Virus record (IMG/VR): IMGVR_UViG_3300033068_001704
Location: 96,001-160,000 of that record
Length of the DNA: 64,000 nucleotides
Source: a virus
Lineage: Duplodnaviria; Caudoviricetes
Strand: one strand, 5' to 3'
The translations under genes were made by a program, and so were the position numbers. Positions 39,901-48,055 of this stretch are shown piece after piece. Below the pieces are notes generated by a model. It worked only from the letters and a program-made list of their open reading frames with translations, had not been told where the DNA came from and did not search any database. Positions within the stretch are counted from its first letter, which is position 1. The number at the start of each line of letters is the position of its first letter.

Positions 39901-41871
39901 GCGCTTTCCTTCGAGCAGCGTTCATCCCGTCGCTTCGGTCGGACGATGTACTTCGTCGCCCGCACGGGGGATGTCTCGGAGATCCGTCGTGCCTTCGAGG
40001 CCTGCCAGGCCCCCGGAAATGATGTGGGACGTCAGCTCGGGCGGGTTCTCGCAAGCCGCGTGGGGGAGTCTGGTCTCTCGAATGCCGGGCAGACGGGAGG
40101 CGCGCTAGTCGCTGCGGCTCTCTCCAACGTCACGGGGCTCGTGGGCTCCGATGGCAGCAACATCGACAGCGATGACATCTCAGGCGGGACGCCGAACAAC
40201 GTCGCAAGAGCGGATGGCGCGGTCGTCACGGATGCTCCTGTGGGTGGGGCGAACACGGTATCCAGGGCGGAGACGATCCTGACCCTCAAGGCGCAGGCTC
40301 TGGTCCAGCAGGTTTCGATCGCGAACCGAGCCGGGATCATGAGGGCCCTGGAGATCCTCTCGGAGAACCCCCTCACTCGTGAAGGTTCGAGCCCGTCCGC
40401 GACGGGTGGGGCCGCGACGCAGGCGAGCGAGAGTGATGCTTCCTTGGCGCGTCGCGCAGGGATCCCGGCGAACGTCATGCGGGCCATCCGGGCGATCGAG
40501 TCCACGAGCAACCCGAACGTGGTTCGGTTCGAGACGAGACTCTTCCGGGAACGGACGGGGCAGACGATCGAGGGGACGAACAGGACGACCTTCGAGCAGG
40601 CGTTCGCGATCAACCCTCAGGCAGCGGTCGAGTCCACCAGCTTCGGGTCCTACCAGGTGTTGGGCGCCACTCTCCTCCGCCTTGAGTCTGATCCTGCTGC
40701 TGCCCTTCGGCGATTCGATGAGAACCCTCAGGGGGTCAGCGATGACCTTCTCGTCACGTACTTCCGAGAGGCACGCCCTCGTCTTCGAGAGATCGCGAAC
40801 GGGAATCCGCTCGACGTCGCTGCGCTCGCGGAAGGCTACAACGGAAGCTCTCAGACCCGCTGGGCAAGCCGCTTCAGCGCCGCTCTGGCCTCCGGCACCG
40901 GGGCAGCTCGAAGCCAGACGGCAACGCGTGGTGGGGGGACCAACTTCGTGCTCTCTGGCCAGGCCGCCAGGGATCTCAACTCTGCGCTCATGCGCTGGCG
41001 TCAGGACCTGACGAAGCTCTTCGGCGAGGCGCGAGTCTCCGGGCTTCCCTTCTCGTTCGAGCGTCGGACGGGTGTGGTCGAGGAACCCCTCAACATGTTC
41101 TCCCCGGTGTTCCCGGTGTCGGACGCAATCGGGTACGAGCACTACGGCACGTACCAGTACGGGCGTGGGCTCAGCATCGAGGCAGGGGGGAACTACGAGC
41201 GGTTGATGGCGGTGGATCCGTTCGAGTATGTGGATCCGGAGCTGGCATACCGCTTCGCGGATGCACTTCGACGGGAAGGGCGTCTCGGGGACCGCACCCG
41301 TGCTGTGCTTGCGGAGATCGCTTCGGACGCAACGTTCCGGCAAAGCCCCGGTGCAGACATCGCGATCCGCGAGTACACCGAGGGCTCGACTGACGAGGCC
41401 GCCTCTTCCACAGCGATGATCGCAGCCGGGCTCGCCAACTACGTCATGAGCGACCGGGACGCGGTCACGAAGCTCCCCGTCTCGAACTCGGCGTTCCGGC
41501 TCTCGGAGATCCACCCGTACGAGCAGGATGAGACCTGCGAGTGCCGTGGGGCCGAGGCCGACCTCCTGCTGGGGGCCTACATGGCTGGGGCGAGCGCCAC
41601 GACGTTCGTGTCGGTCGATGCACCCGACAAGGCATCTCAGTGGGCGGCACAACAGATGGCCCTCGCAGCGGACTCCTGGTCCCTCTCGCAGGAAGCTCTG
41701 CGGGGGTCGGCGCTGTCTTCGGATGGGCGTCGCTCGCTGTTCGACACGGTGCAGGGCATCGCGGGGATGGCCTCATCCCTCACAGCCCCGGTCGAGCAGC
41801 TCGAAAACCAGTTCGAGGGCGAGACCGAGCGTGGTCTTCGCCGACTCAACGAGCTGGCTGGTCGGGTCTAG
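37000..41871 (+). CDS. Baseplate hub (gp27/VgrG-like) with internal N-acetylmuramidase
   Basis: FHGVVTQVS, YEFYQDMDGDLVFKPP, LRPELRQGFPV..YYVQSISHSF; AIRAIES..RFE..AVESTSFGSYQVLG..GYNG at about 40440-40890. Confidence 0.8.
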   Translation: MGLLDRPYAGTWSPNKRKIVQYTPDALVYLNGDTSLSGCRLCRHNIDIQQFVTSLSVDAGIDPGAASASVTLSIPKSYGDSLFRDGNTLLRNGLEVHIYFRGYFPMAGMADPSEEVAGIKLGDVPQYPYYPGFHGVVTQVSHEYSGGYYSASLTCAGMLHFWQYMQIASNGAAFGARPTNSGVRTNLRGHVFTGMSPFSIIYSLYRDTAGAAAGVGFALQSRTNYRTVSSATGDSLYASMLRYWERRFMQRMYGLRMHGASGQLFSASQQAYLARLGGGDARVLSLVSQRASTASDPLANSAAELGLIDRDGDGRILRGLDARFLASSGGGRGDYGVVVPQMQAFVNDISQFGQVNLFESTYESKLDIATQVANICGYEFYQDMDGDLVFKPPLYNLDTSSSRVYRIEPEDIMSISFTESEPEATYATVSGGPFQNLRGAVDQAEWGVRSTYVDYRLVAQFGWREGSLQSNYYSNARSAYYAAVAQLDKLNQGMNSASVTIPLRPELRQGFPVYIPHIDCFYYVQSISHSFTFGGSCTTTLNLVARRRKFIPPGERDGESINSIKLDRLNLAPRALQYLDNSGVPRILGFPNVVMALDPTRINPLFFVFGLDAEEAGVTGRGRGGIETAEARQEQLATNFSQLLIQEGVLGLGSPESDLDTFDGDITVDAEGRITSATEIAGREQAQTAAPVTGSSASGQDPVLGPWFIQADDFRGRQVTADQLREGLISLVQVRGRVRGRIARVQRDIRSREAQLSRSGTAPSAQEGLTVEIADLRREASTLNEFLAGEASIGAVQTANAGLVQGVADVESVTLVNFLLSRVRQPNPGTASRDMSVDATGALNDSATILDILGDRKASLGINVPGYYRYYSSAHPDPVQQGYAPLTSADATSEEGEIPEGSEDDPSAGSDLRTVGIVALTGEDAESLGEDELRDFVQLQNVIPVNGLNVRTFASQEPTPTPTDQIYALSFEQRSSRRFGRTMYFVARTGDVSEIRRAFEACQAPGNDVGRQLGRVLASRVGESGLSNAGQTGGALVAAALSNVTGLVGSDGSNIDSDDISGGTPNNVARADGAVVTDAPVGGANTVSRAETILTLKAQALVQQVSIANRAGIMRALEILSENPLTREGSSPSATGGAATQASESDASLARRAGIPANVMRAIRAIESTSNPNVVRFETRLFRERTGQTIEGTNRTTFEQAFAINPQAAVESTSFGSYQVLGATLLRLESDPAAALRRFDENPQGVSDDLLVTYFREARPRLREIANGNPLDVAALAEGYNGSSQTRWASRFSAALASGTGAARSQTATRGGGTNFVLSGQAARDLNSALMRWRQDLTKLFGEARVSGLPFSFERRTGVVEEPLNMFSPVFPVSDAIGYEHYGTYQYGRGLSIEAGGNYERLMAVDPFEYVDPELAYRFADALRREGRLGDRTRAVLAEIASDATFRQSPGADIAIREYTEGSTDEAASSTAMIAAGLANYVMSDRDAVTKLPVSNSAFRLSEIHPYEQDETCECRGAEADLLLGAYMAGASATTFVSVDAPDKASQWAAQQMALAADSWSLSQEALRGSALSSDGRRSLFDTVQGIAGMASSLTAPVEQLENQFEGETERGLRRLNELAGRV

Positions 41872-42077
41872 CCGAAGATCCGGCGCAAGACCAGGACGGC
41901 GTACAAGCCTTCCTCGGACCAGAACTCGTCTTCGGAGTCTACCTTGACTCCGCGCATTTCGAGTTCGTCCTCCACATCGGCCTTGATGCTGTCGAGGCGG
42001 TACCCCTTCGTCTTCACCATGACCTCTCTGGTCAGAACGACAACGAGGGTGTTCTTCTTGTGTAGATGGAACTTCAT
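41868..42077 (-). CDS. Hypothetical protein
   Basis: ATGA-coupled minus-strand operon. Confidence 0.6.
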   Translation of the reverse strand: MKFHLHKKNTLVVVLTREVMVKTKGYRLDSIKADVEDELEMRGVKVDSEDEFWSEEGLYAVLVLRRIFG

Positions 42078-42280
42078 TGGTTCCGCCGATTGGGGACGAT
42101 TGCGTATCCCATTCGATCTAGGTGTTCGATGACCTTCATACCGAGGACCCCAGGGTCGCCCTTCGTTAGGGCGGTTGCCGTGGCGGTCGCCGGCTTCTCT
42201 CGCGGGCCCTGAAGATCGAGTTCTTCAAGGGCACGTGCGATGGAGGACGCCAGGGCCATGCAGGCGAACGGGTCGGTCAT
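42074..42280 (-). CDS. Hypothetical protein
   Basis: ATGA-coupled minus-strand operon. Confidence 0.55.
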   Translation of the reverse strand: MTDPFACMALASSIARALEELDLQGPREKPATATATALTKGDPGVLGMKVIEHLDRMGYAIVPNRRNQ

Positions 42281-42828
42281 CTCTTCTTCTTACCCTTCTT
42301 GGGGGGAGGGGCGGACCCTCTCTTCCCCCCTCGGCGGATCCGATAGGCGTCGTCCCCCCAGCCCTGGGAGATCCGCTTGAGGAGCTGCTTGTACGAGATC
42401 CCGATCCATTTCGCCCAGCCAGTCTTTGTTTTCGTCCGCCCATCGACAGTCACCTTGTGGTGCTTGAAGGTGATGCGGCGGATCGAGAGGCTCTGCTGGT
42501 GGGACGTCTGCCAAGCGCATTCCCCCGGCTCGTAGTGGCTGAAGGGGGTGATCCTGCCGAGCGTCGTGCCCTGAGGACGGGCCCCCATGTCCTCAAGGAA
42601 ATTCGCGAACGTGTGCCATCGGTCTGTGACGATGACCCCTGCTCCGCCGTAGTGCTCGTACGAGGGGTGCTTCTTCGAGTAGCACCGCTGCATCATCGCC
42701 CGCCATGAGGTGTAGGTCGGGGATTCGAGCCGACCGTCTGCGGTCAGCGTGCGGTGGCCGTGGATCTTCTGGAACCGCTGAGGATGACCCGCCGACTTTC
42801 CGTTAGAGGATTCAGGTCGGCGGGCCAT
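42277..42828 (-). CDS. Phage HNH-endonuclease-like protein, apparently degenerate
   Basis: PTYTSWRAMMQRC, YGGAGV.V.DRW..F.NFLEDMG.RP...TLGRI..YEPGECAW; C-terminal WA..GI helix-turn-helix-like segment. Confidence 0.8.
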   Translation of the reverse strand: MARRPESSNGKSAGHPQRFQKIHGHRTLTADGRLESPTYTSWRAMMQRCYSKKHPSYEHYGGAGVIVTDRWHTFANFLEDMGARPQGTTLGRITPFSHYEPGECAWQTSHQQSLSIRRITFKHHKVTVDGRTKTKTGWAKWIGISYKQLLKRISQGWGDDAYRIRRGGKRGSAPPPKKGKKKR

Positions 42829-42831
42829 TCC

Positions 42832-42850
42832 GGTCGGTAAGTTACCGACC
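42832..42850. promoter_or_regulatory. Perfect inverted repeat over a GTAA element
   Basis: GGTCGGTAA-G-TTACCGACC, 3 nt from the start codon. Confidence 0.6.
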
Positions 42851-42875
42851 CTGACTCAGTAACGAACCGAGCGAA

Positions 42876-43691
42876 TCAACCTCCGAACAGGGTTTCCTCG
42901 ACTTCTGCACGTCTCGGGGCGAGGCGCTCGTAGTGGCGCATGACCGAGCGCCAGTTCGACAGCCGGAACCGCCTCCTCTCGCCGTGGGACGACCAGTACG
43001 TCTGCTCACAGCTCAGCCCAGGTCGGACACGGACACCGGTCGCATCCTCCGACACGGTCCATGGATGTGCCCTACATGCGGCGAGGGACCGTCGCAGGTT
43101 GGTCGCGAGGATCCCCACGGCCCTCTCCGCCTCGAACAGCTCTTGCGGGGAACGGACCCCACGAGAGTAGACCCCCGGAAAACGAACCTGGACGAGGCCG
43201 AAGTCCATCGCGCGGATGTCGTGCTGCCGACGCCACTCCGAACTTCGGACCTGGCGCATCATGTCTCGAACGGAGATCGGGTCTCCCCCAGCCGCTTCAC
43301 GTGCACGGACGACACGACGAACTTCCTGCCGACCCACAGCACATCGGTTGAAGCTGCTCTCCTGGAACGCGATGGAGGCGAGGATCCATGGATCCAGAGA
43401 CACGTCAGGCTGTCCTTGAGGCGTGTCGTAGGCTGCGCTGACGAAGATGCCAGCCAGCTCGGCTGCATGGGCGTTGGCCGTCGTGCCAGCGTGCAGCCGA
43501 TCGCCGCACACTTCCCATCGCAGTCTCCGCTCTGTGCCCATTGCCAGGTCCAGGATCCCTTCCGAGAGGGCTTCCTGAACTCGGGTGCGGTCGGGGAGTT
43601 CCCCGTTCCCGACATCTTGGGCAGTCGATTCTCCGGCCGTCACCATCATGGTGAGGACGAAAAACATGAGTACAATTCCACACTTACGCAT
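42876..43691 (-). CDS. Exported lytic-transglycosylase-like (SLT) protein
   Basis: Signal peptide; WILASIAFQESSFN (catalytic ES); DFGLVQV. Confidence 0.65.
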   Translation of the reverse strand: MRKCGIVLMFFVLTMMVTAGESTAQDVGNGELPDRTRVQEALSEGILDLAMGTERRLRWEVCGDRLHAGTTANAHAAELAGIFVSAAYDTPQGQPDVSLDPWILASIAFQESSFNRCAVGRQEVRRVVRAREAAGGDPISVRDMMRQVRSSEWRRQHDIRAMDFGLVQVRFPGVYSRGVRSPQELFEAERAVGILATNLRRSLAACRAHPWTVSEDATGVRVRPGLSCEQTYWSSHGERRRFRLSNWRSVMRHYERLAPRRAEVEETLFGG

Positions 43692-43862
43692 CGAAACTCT
43701 CCTTCAGGGTGTGTATCGGTCGGGGGACCTCTCATCGTCTCGGGCCCCTCAGTCCGTTCGTTCTGTTCGTTCTCCTCGTGGTTTTGGTCCCTCAGGGGAC
43801 GCGGTCCGGCCCGTACAGGGCTGTTATCGCCCTATCCGGGAAAATCTTGTTGTTACGAGGGG

Positions 43863-44522
43863 TTACCCTCTTTTTGCGGTGCGCTGGATCCAGGGGGTGC
43901 ACGAGTGGTGGACCCACCCGATGTTCCCGCCACCCCAAACGACCCTCCCAGGGTCGGCATCTTTGAGGACGGAAAGTCCGCAGAAGACGCAGTGATTGAT
44001 CCCATCCGGGATCCTCTGGGGGGTGTTGGAGAGGGAGGCTTCCTGATGTGAGAGGTACCAGACGCTCCACCCATTACCAAATGGGGGGTGGTGGAACACC
44101 GCCGGGTCGAACAACGGGGTCACCGGGAACCACGGGGAGTCGATCGGGAGGCCGATTCTCGGGTCCAGCTCGAAGAGGTGTGGAGCGAGGGACCGAGCCA
44201 GCGCCGTGAAAGCACTCAAGATGGTCTCCTGGTGGTCCTCATCGGTCTGGCTGAGATTCATCTGCGGCCCGAACCTAGTCCCCGGGATCGTTCTTCGCTG
44301 CCCAAACTGGGTGCTCCCCTTCTTCCAGGGACGTCCTGCGGGGATGTGCTCGGACAGGACGGAGACGGTCAGGCCGATCTGAATGTTGTTCGAGATGCCT
44401 TCTCGGTTGAGCGTCGTGGCCACGGAAATGAAGGGGATGTCCCGTGCCGGAATCCATCCCAAGACGTATTCCTCGATCAGATCCGGGGAGTTCTGGAGGA
44501 TCTCGGTGACCTGGTTGAGCAT
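43863..44522 (-). CDS. Hypothetical protein with C-terminal CxxC..HxxC
   Basis: CVFCG...WVHHSC. Confidence 0.55.
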   Translation of the reverse strand: MLNQVTEILQNSPDLIEEYVLGWIPARDIPFISVATTLNREGISNNIQIGLTVSVLSEHIPAGRPWKKGSTQFGQRRTIPGTRFGPQMNLSQTDEDHQETILSAFTALARSLAPHLFELDPRIGLPIDSPWFPVTPLFDPAVFHHPPFGNGWSVWYLSHQEASLSNTPQRIPDGINHCVFCGLSVLKDADPGRVVWGGGNIGWVHHSCTPWIQRTAKRG

Positions 44523-44647
44523 CTACCTGTCGCCTTTACGCTTCGGACGAGGTGTAGGGTACCCGTCACTGTCAATTCCCGACCCGGTATCAGAACTATC
44601 AATCACCAGGGTCGTACTTCCCCACCCGAGATTCGTCGAAGAAAAGC

Positions 44648-47600
44648 ATGACCGACACCCTCGACAAGCTGAAGAAGGCGTTCGAGCAGACGATCAGCAC
44701 GTCGGCCTCGGTTCAGCCCTGGAACGAGCCTCTTACCCGACGGGACATGGTCCAGTCGAGCCAGGCGCTGGCGGGACCCATTGTCCCCGGTGGCCTTGGG
44801 TCTTGGGTGGCCTCGGGTGGGTTTCCGCTCACTGTTACGACGAGCCTCGGGGTTCAGACCGGTGCCGCGACCCCGAACCGCAACCGGTTCGAGATGGGGT
44901 TGGGGCTGCCTGGAGTTCCGGATGTGGACTTCATCCCGTATGCGGCGAACACGAACCGCTTCGGGGCGAAGGGGCCCTCCCTTCTGGGTCATCCGATCTC
45001 GTGGGAGGTCGTCGGACCGACGCTGAAGTCCCCGTACTGCGACTGGCAGTGGAACGTGATTCCGGCGGACAACGAGATCGTCTTGGAGGCGGGTCCGTTC
45101 CCGCGTCTTGGGGCCGTCCCGACGGTTGAGGAGGCCTACGGGCTGGCGGGTGACGTACCGACCAACTACGACCCGTTCGGCGGCCTTTACGTGTTGTTCT
45201 CGTTCACGGGTGAGGACTTCACGGGCTCACTCGCGGGTGGGCGGACGCCCATCACGGCGACCTACAAGGCGAGGGCACCGTACGAGATCTTCCGCGTCAC
45301 GGACTTCGCGGGCCAGAAGTTCTTCCTCCGGTCTGAGAAGTTGATCGGGGACTACTACGGGTCGGGCAATGGGTGTCGGGCGATCACGGTCATTCGACCG
45401 AAGGTCACGCGCCTGGTTCCGTTCCAGGTGCCTGTGTCTGGGCAGACGCAGCGAAACCGAGTCTTCGTCTTCGTGCCCCCCGAGACGTCGGCAACCTCCG
45501 AGTACATGCCCCCGTTCGACCAGGGTACGCTCGGTCTGGGCACCTGGAAGAACGGTGGTTTCGACGTCTCGGGAACGATCCCCCCGGGAGCGACCTACGG
45601 AACTTCGGTTGCCCTCCCGATCCCCAAGCCGATCGTCCAACTGACGGCAGAGATCGCCTCTGGTGCCACCGGTTTCGATGCCGACACCTGGGAGATCGAG
45701 TTCCCGACCCCGTCTGCTGAGGTCGTCGAGGGGCGCATTGTGCGCATCTCACAGATCACCGACTCGGCCACGACCAACTTCACCGATGGTTCGGCAGCAA
45801 ACGCCCTCGGCTACTTCCAGATCTTGAGCGTCACGGCTGGTCCTCCGGACGTCGTGCTTCTTCAGCGTGTGCCGGAAGCGAACCCCGACACAGGGGCCGT
45901 CTTCTTCGGCAACGGACCCTCGGCGGTCGCGGGGGCCATCAGCATCCGGGTGGAGGTCTACGACGCGATCTCCTCGCTCTTCAGTGGGTCTCTCGACATC
46001 GGGAAGCTGGCTGCTGCCCGGTTGACGAATCTGATCGACCCTAAGACCGTTGGGGCATCGGTCGGTTTCCGGGACACGAACAAGCCTGTCCCCTCCTCGA
46101 AGCCGGACCGGGCAATCTTCGACACGCGTCCGGGTGCGGATCCCGGCAACCTGCTCGACCTGGGCTTCCGGGCTGTCTACTTCCCGGCGAAGGTGGAAGC
46201 TGGGGTCGCCGTCCCGGACTTCGATCACCCGATCGATTCGAACGAGGTCAAGCTCGACCCGGCGGTCAACGAACGTCAGTGGATCGAGACGGACTACGCG
46301 AGCGGGGTCGCGTACCTCTCCCACACCCCGGAGGCAGGGGATCCTGCGTGTGAGGTCGCTCCGGGCCTGGGTCCGTTCTTCGCCTCGAACAACCCGCGTG
46401 GGGAGGTCGTTCTCTTCGCAGCGTGTGTCCCCTTCTCGATGGAGGAGGGGCAGACCGGGGCAGGCGTCCGCGTCATGGCCTCGAACCCTGATTCGGTCAC
46501 GAATGGCCTCGGGGACAACGACTTCGCGGATGTGTATGGGCGTCGAATCATCACGTCTCCGACCGTCAACACGACGATCGAGCCGGGGGTTACGACGGCT
46601 ATCATCACCTCTTTCACCGATCTCTTGGCGATCCCCCCGAGCGGATTCTTCTTCGTCGGGAACGTGGTAGCTGGTGCCCTCACCACGAAGAACGGCCCGT
46701 ACTTCTATCAGTACACGGACCTCTCTGGCCCCAACGTCCGCCTCAACGGGATCACCGGACCGACCGGAGCTGTGGTGGTCAACCCCGCGGCGGGTGGCAG
46801 GATCTTCTTCCAGCGATCGTTGCGTTCGTTCGATCCTCAGAATGCGTCCTCCGACGCGGTTCGTGGGTCTTCGAAGCGAGTCAACACGCTGGCGTTCAAG
46901 AACTTCGGGATTGAGTTCTCAGCGGATGGGTCGGTCATCATCGAGGCCCCCGCCGCGGCTGTGGCTGCCACGCTTCAAAGCGCGTACGTGGCAGGGAACA
47001 CGATCGCGGTAACGGCGGGCGAGGGATCGATCTCGTTCACCAACACGGCTGATACGACCGCTGTCCTTGCCGTGGGCGCGAACTCGACTGGGGCGGCCAT
47101 CCTTACCTCGGTGGAGGATGGTGTCGGTTTCTACACGGATGTGTCTGGGGTTTCATCTTCTGCCAGAGGGGTCGAAATCGAGGTCTCCGACAACGCCTCC
47201 GACGCAATCGGAGTGCTCGTCAATCACACGGGCACTGGCACCGGAATCTCGGTGGACCAGACCGGGGGTGGTAATGCTGTCTCGTTGAACTGCGCCTCGA
47301 CCGGGAGCGGTGTTGTTGCCTTGGTGGAGGAGGGCGTCGGGTTCTACGCGGGGGTGAGCGGCACCACTTCCACCGCGGCTGGCGTCCGCGTAGAGATCAC
47401 TGACGTTGCCTCTGCCTCTGCGGGCGTTCGTGTCACGAACGACGGAAATGGGCCCGGCCTATATGTCCTGACCGATGGGAACGGGCTCGGTCTCTACATC
47501 CGTCAGAGCGGCACTGGGAACGCGATCCGGGTGGACGATCCGGGGGGCGTCGAGGTGTTCGGTGTCACTGAGGCTGGGCGGGTGACAGGGGAGGACTACT

Positions 47601-48055
47601 CGTTCAACACCCCGACCACATTCATCACGCGTATCGATTCCTCCCAGATGAAGGCCGAAGACTCCGCCGACTGGACGTACAAGTACAACCCGGTAGGTGG
47701 TGTTGGTGGTCCTGGGTGGGAGAAGGATACTGCGGCAGGAACCTCCCTCTACGCGTCCATCAGTATCCCGAGAGGTGCGACTATCACCACGGTTTTCGCT
47801 CAGCTCAACAACCCGGGGGCTGGGATGACGGTTGGGATGTTGACGGTCAACGGCACGTCTGGGACCCCTTCGACGTTGATCTTGGGGTCCGCAGCAACGG
47901 CGGGTTTTGGGACGCAGATGTTCTCTGCTGGACTTCCCGTCACCGTGAACACCAACAACAACTACCACATCTACTTCCAGTCCGCGATTGGGAACGCGGT
48001 CCACTGGGTGGACCTCTTCTGGACGTACGATGCCGTCAGGCTTGGCAACTTCTGA
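44648..48055 (+). CDS. Virion structural protein, putative tail fibre/receptor-binding protein
   Basis: 1135 aa beta-rich; TLQSAYVAGNTI linker, then beta-helix-like repeats and a terminal domain. Confidence 0.6.
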   Translation: MTDTLDKLKKAFEQTISTSASVQPWNEPLTRRDMVQSSQALAGPIVPGGLGSWVASGGFPLTVTTSLGVQTGAATPNRNRFEMGLGLPGVPDVDFIPYAANTNRFGAKGPSLLGHPISWEVVGPTLKSPYCDWQWNVIPADNEIVLEAGPFPRLGAVPTVEEAYGLAGDVPTNYDPFGGLYVLFSFTGEDFTGSLAGGRTPITATYKARAPYEIFRVTDFAGQKFFLRSEKLIGDYYGSGNGCRAITVIRPKVTRLVPFQVPVSGQTQRNRVFVFVPPETSATSEYMPPFDQGTLGLGTWKNGGFDVSGTIPPGATYGTSVALPIPKPIVQLTAEIASGATGFDADTWEIEFPTPSAEVVEGRIVRISQITDSATTNFTDGSAANALGYFQILSVTAGPPDVVLLQRVPEANPDTGAVFFGNGPSAVAGAISIRVEVYDAISSLFSGSLDIGKLAAARLTNLIDPKTVGASVGFRDTNKPVPSSKPDRAIFDTRPGADPGNLLDLGFRAVYFPAKVEAGVAVPDFDHPIDSNEVKLDPAVNERQWIETDYASGVAYLSHTPEAGDPACEVAPGLGPFFASNNPRGEVVLFAACVPFSMEEGQTGAGVRVMASNPDSVTNGLGDNDFADVYGRRIITSPTVNTTIEPGVTTAIITSFTDLLAIPPSGFFFVGNVVAGALTTKNGPYFYQYTDLSGPNVRLNGITGPTGAVVVNPAAGGRIFFQRSLRSFDPQNASSDAVRGSSKRVNTLAFKNFGIEFSADGSVIIEAPAAAVAATLQSAYVAGNTIAVTAGEGSISFTNTADTTAVLAVGANSTGAAILTSVEDGVGFYTDVSGVSSSARGVEIEVSDNASDAIGVLVNHTGTGTGISVDQTGGGNAVSLNCASTGSGVVALVEEGVGFYAGVSGTTSTAAGVRVEITDVASASAGVRVTNDGNGPGLYVLTDGNGLGLYIRQSGTGNAIRVDDPGGVEVFGVTEAGRVTGEDYSFNTPTTFITRIDSSQMKAEDSADWTYKYNPVGGVGGPGWEKDTAAGTSLYASISIPRGATITTVFAQLNNPGAGMTVGMLTVNGTSGTPSTLILGSAATAGFGTQMFSAGLPVTVNTNNNYHIYFQSAIGNAVHWVDLFWTYDAVRLGNF

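Noticed and set aside
17142-41871. Extracellular contractile injection system or tailocin instead of phage
   Set aside because: Neck-type genes, helicases, an HNH-like gene and dense phage-like ORFs with no host genes favour a phage; the capsid is presumably outside the window, so this is not formally excluded
47940-48055. DGR variable region (AAC-rich) at the fibre C-terminus
   Set aside because: No template repeat or reverse transcriptase found in the window
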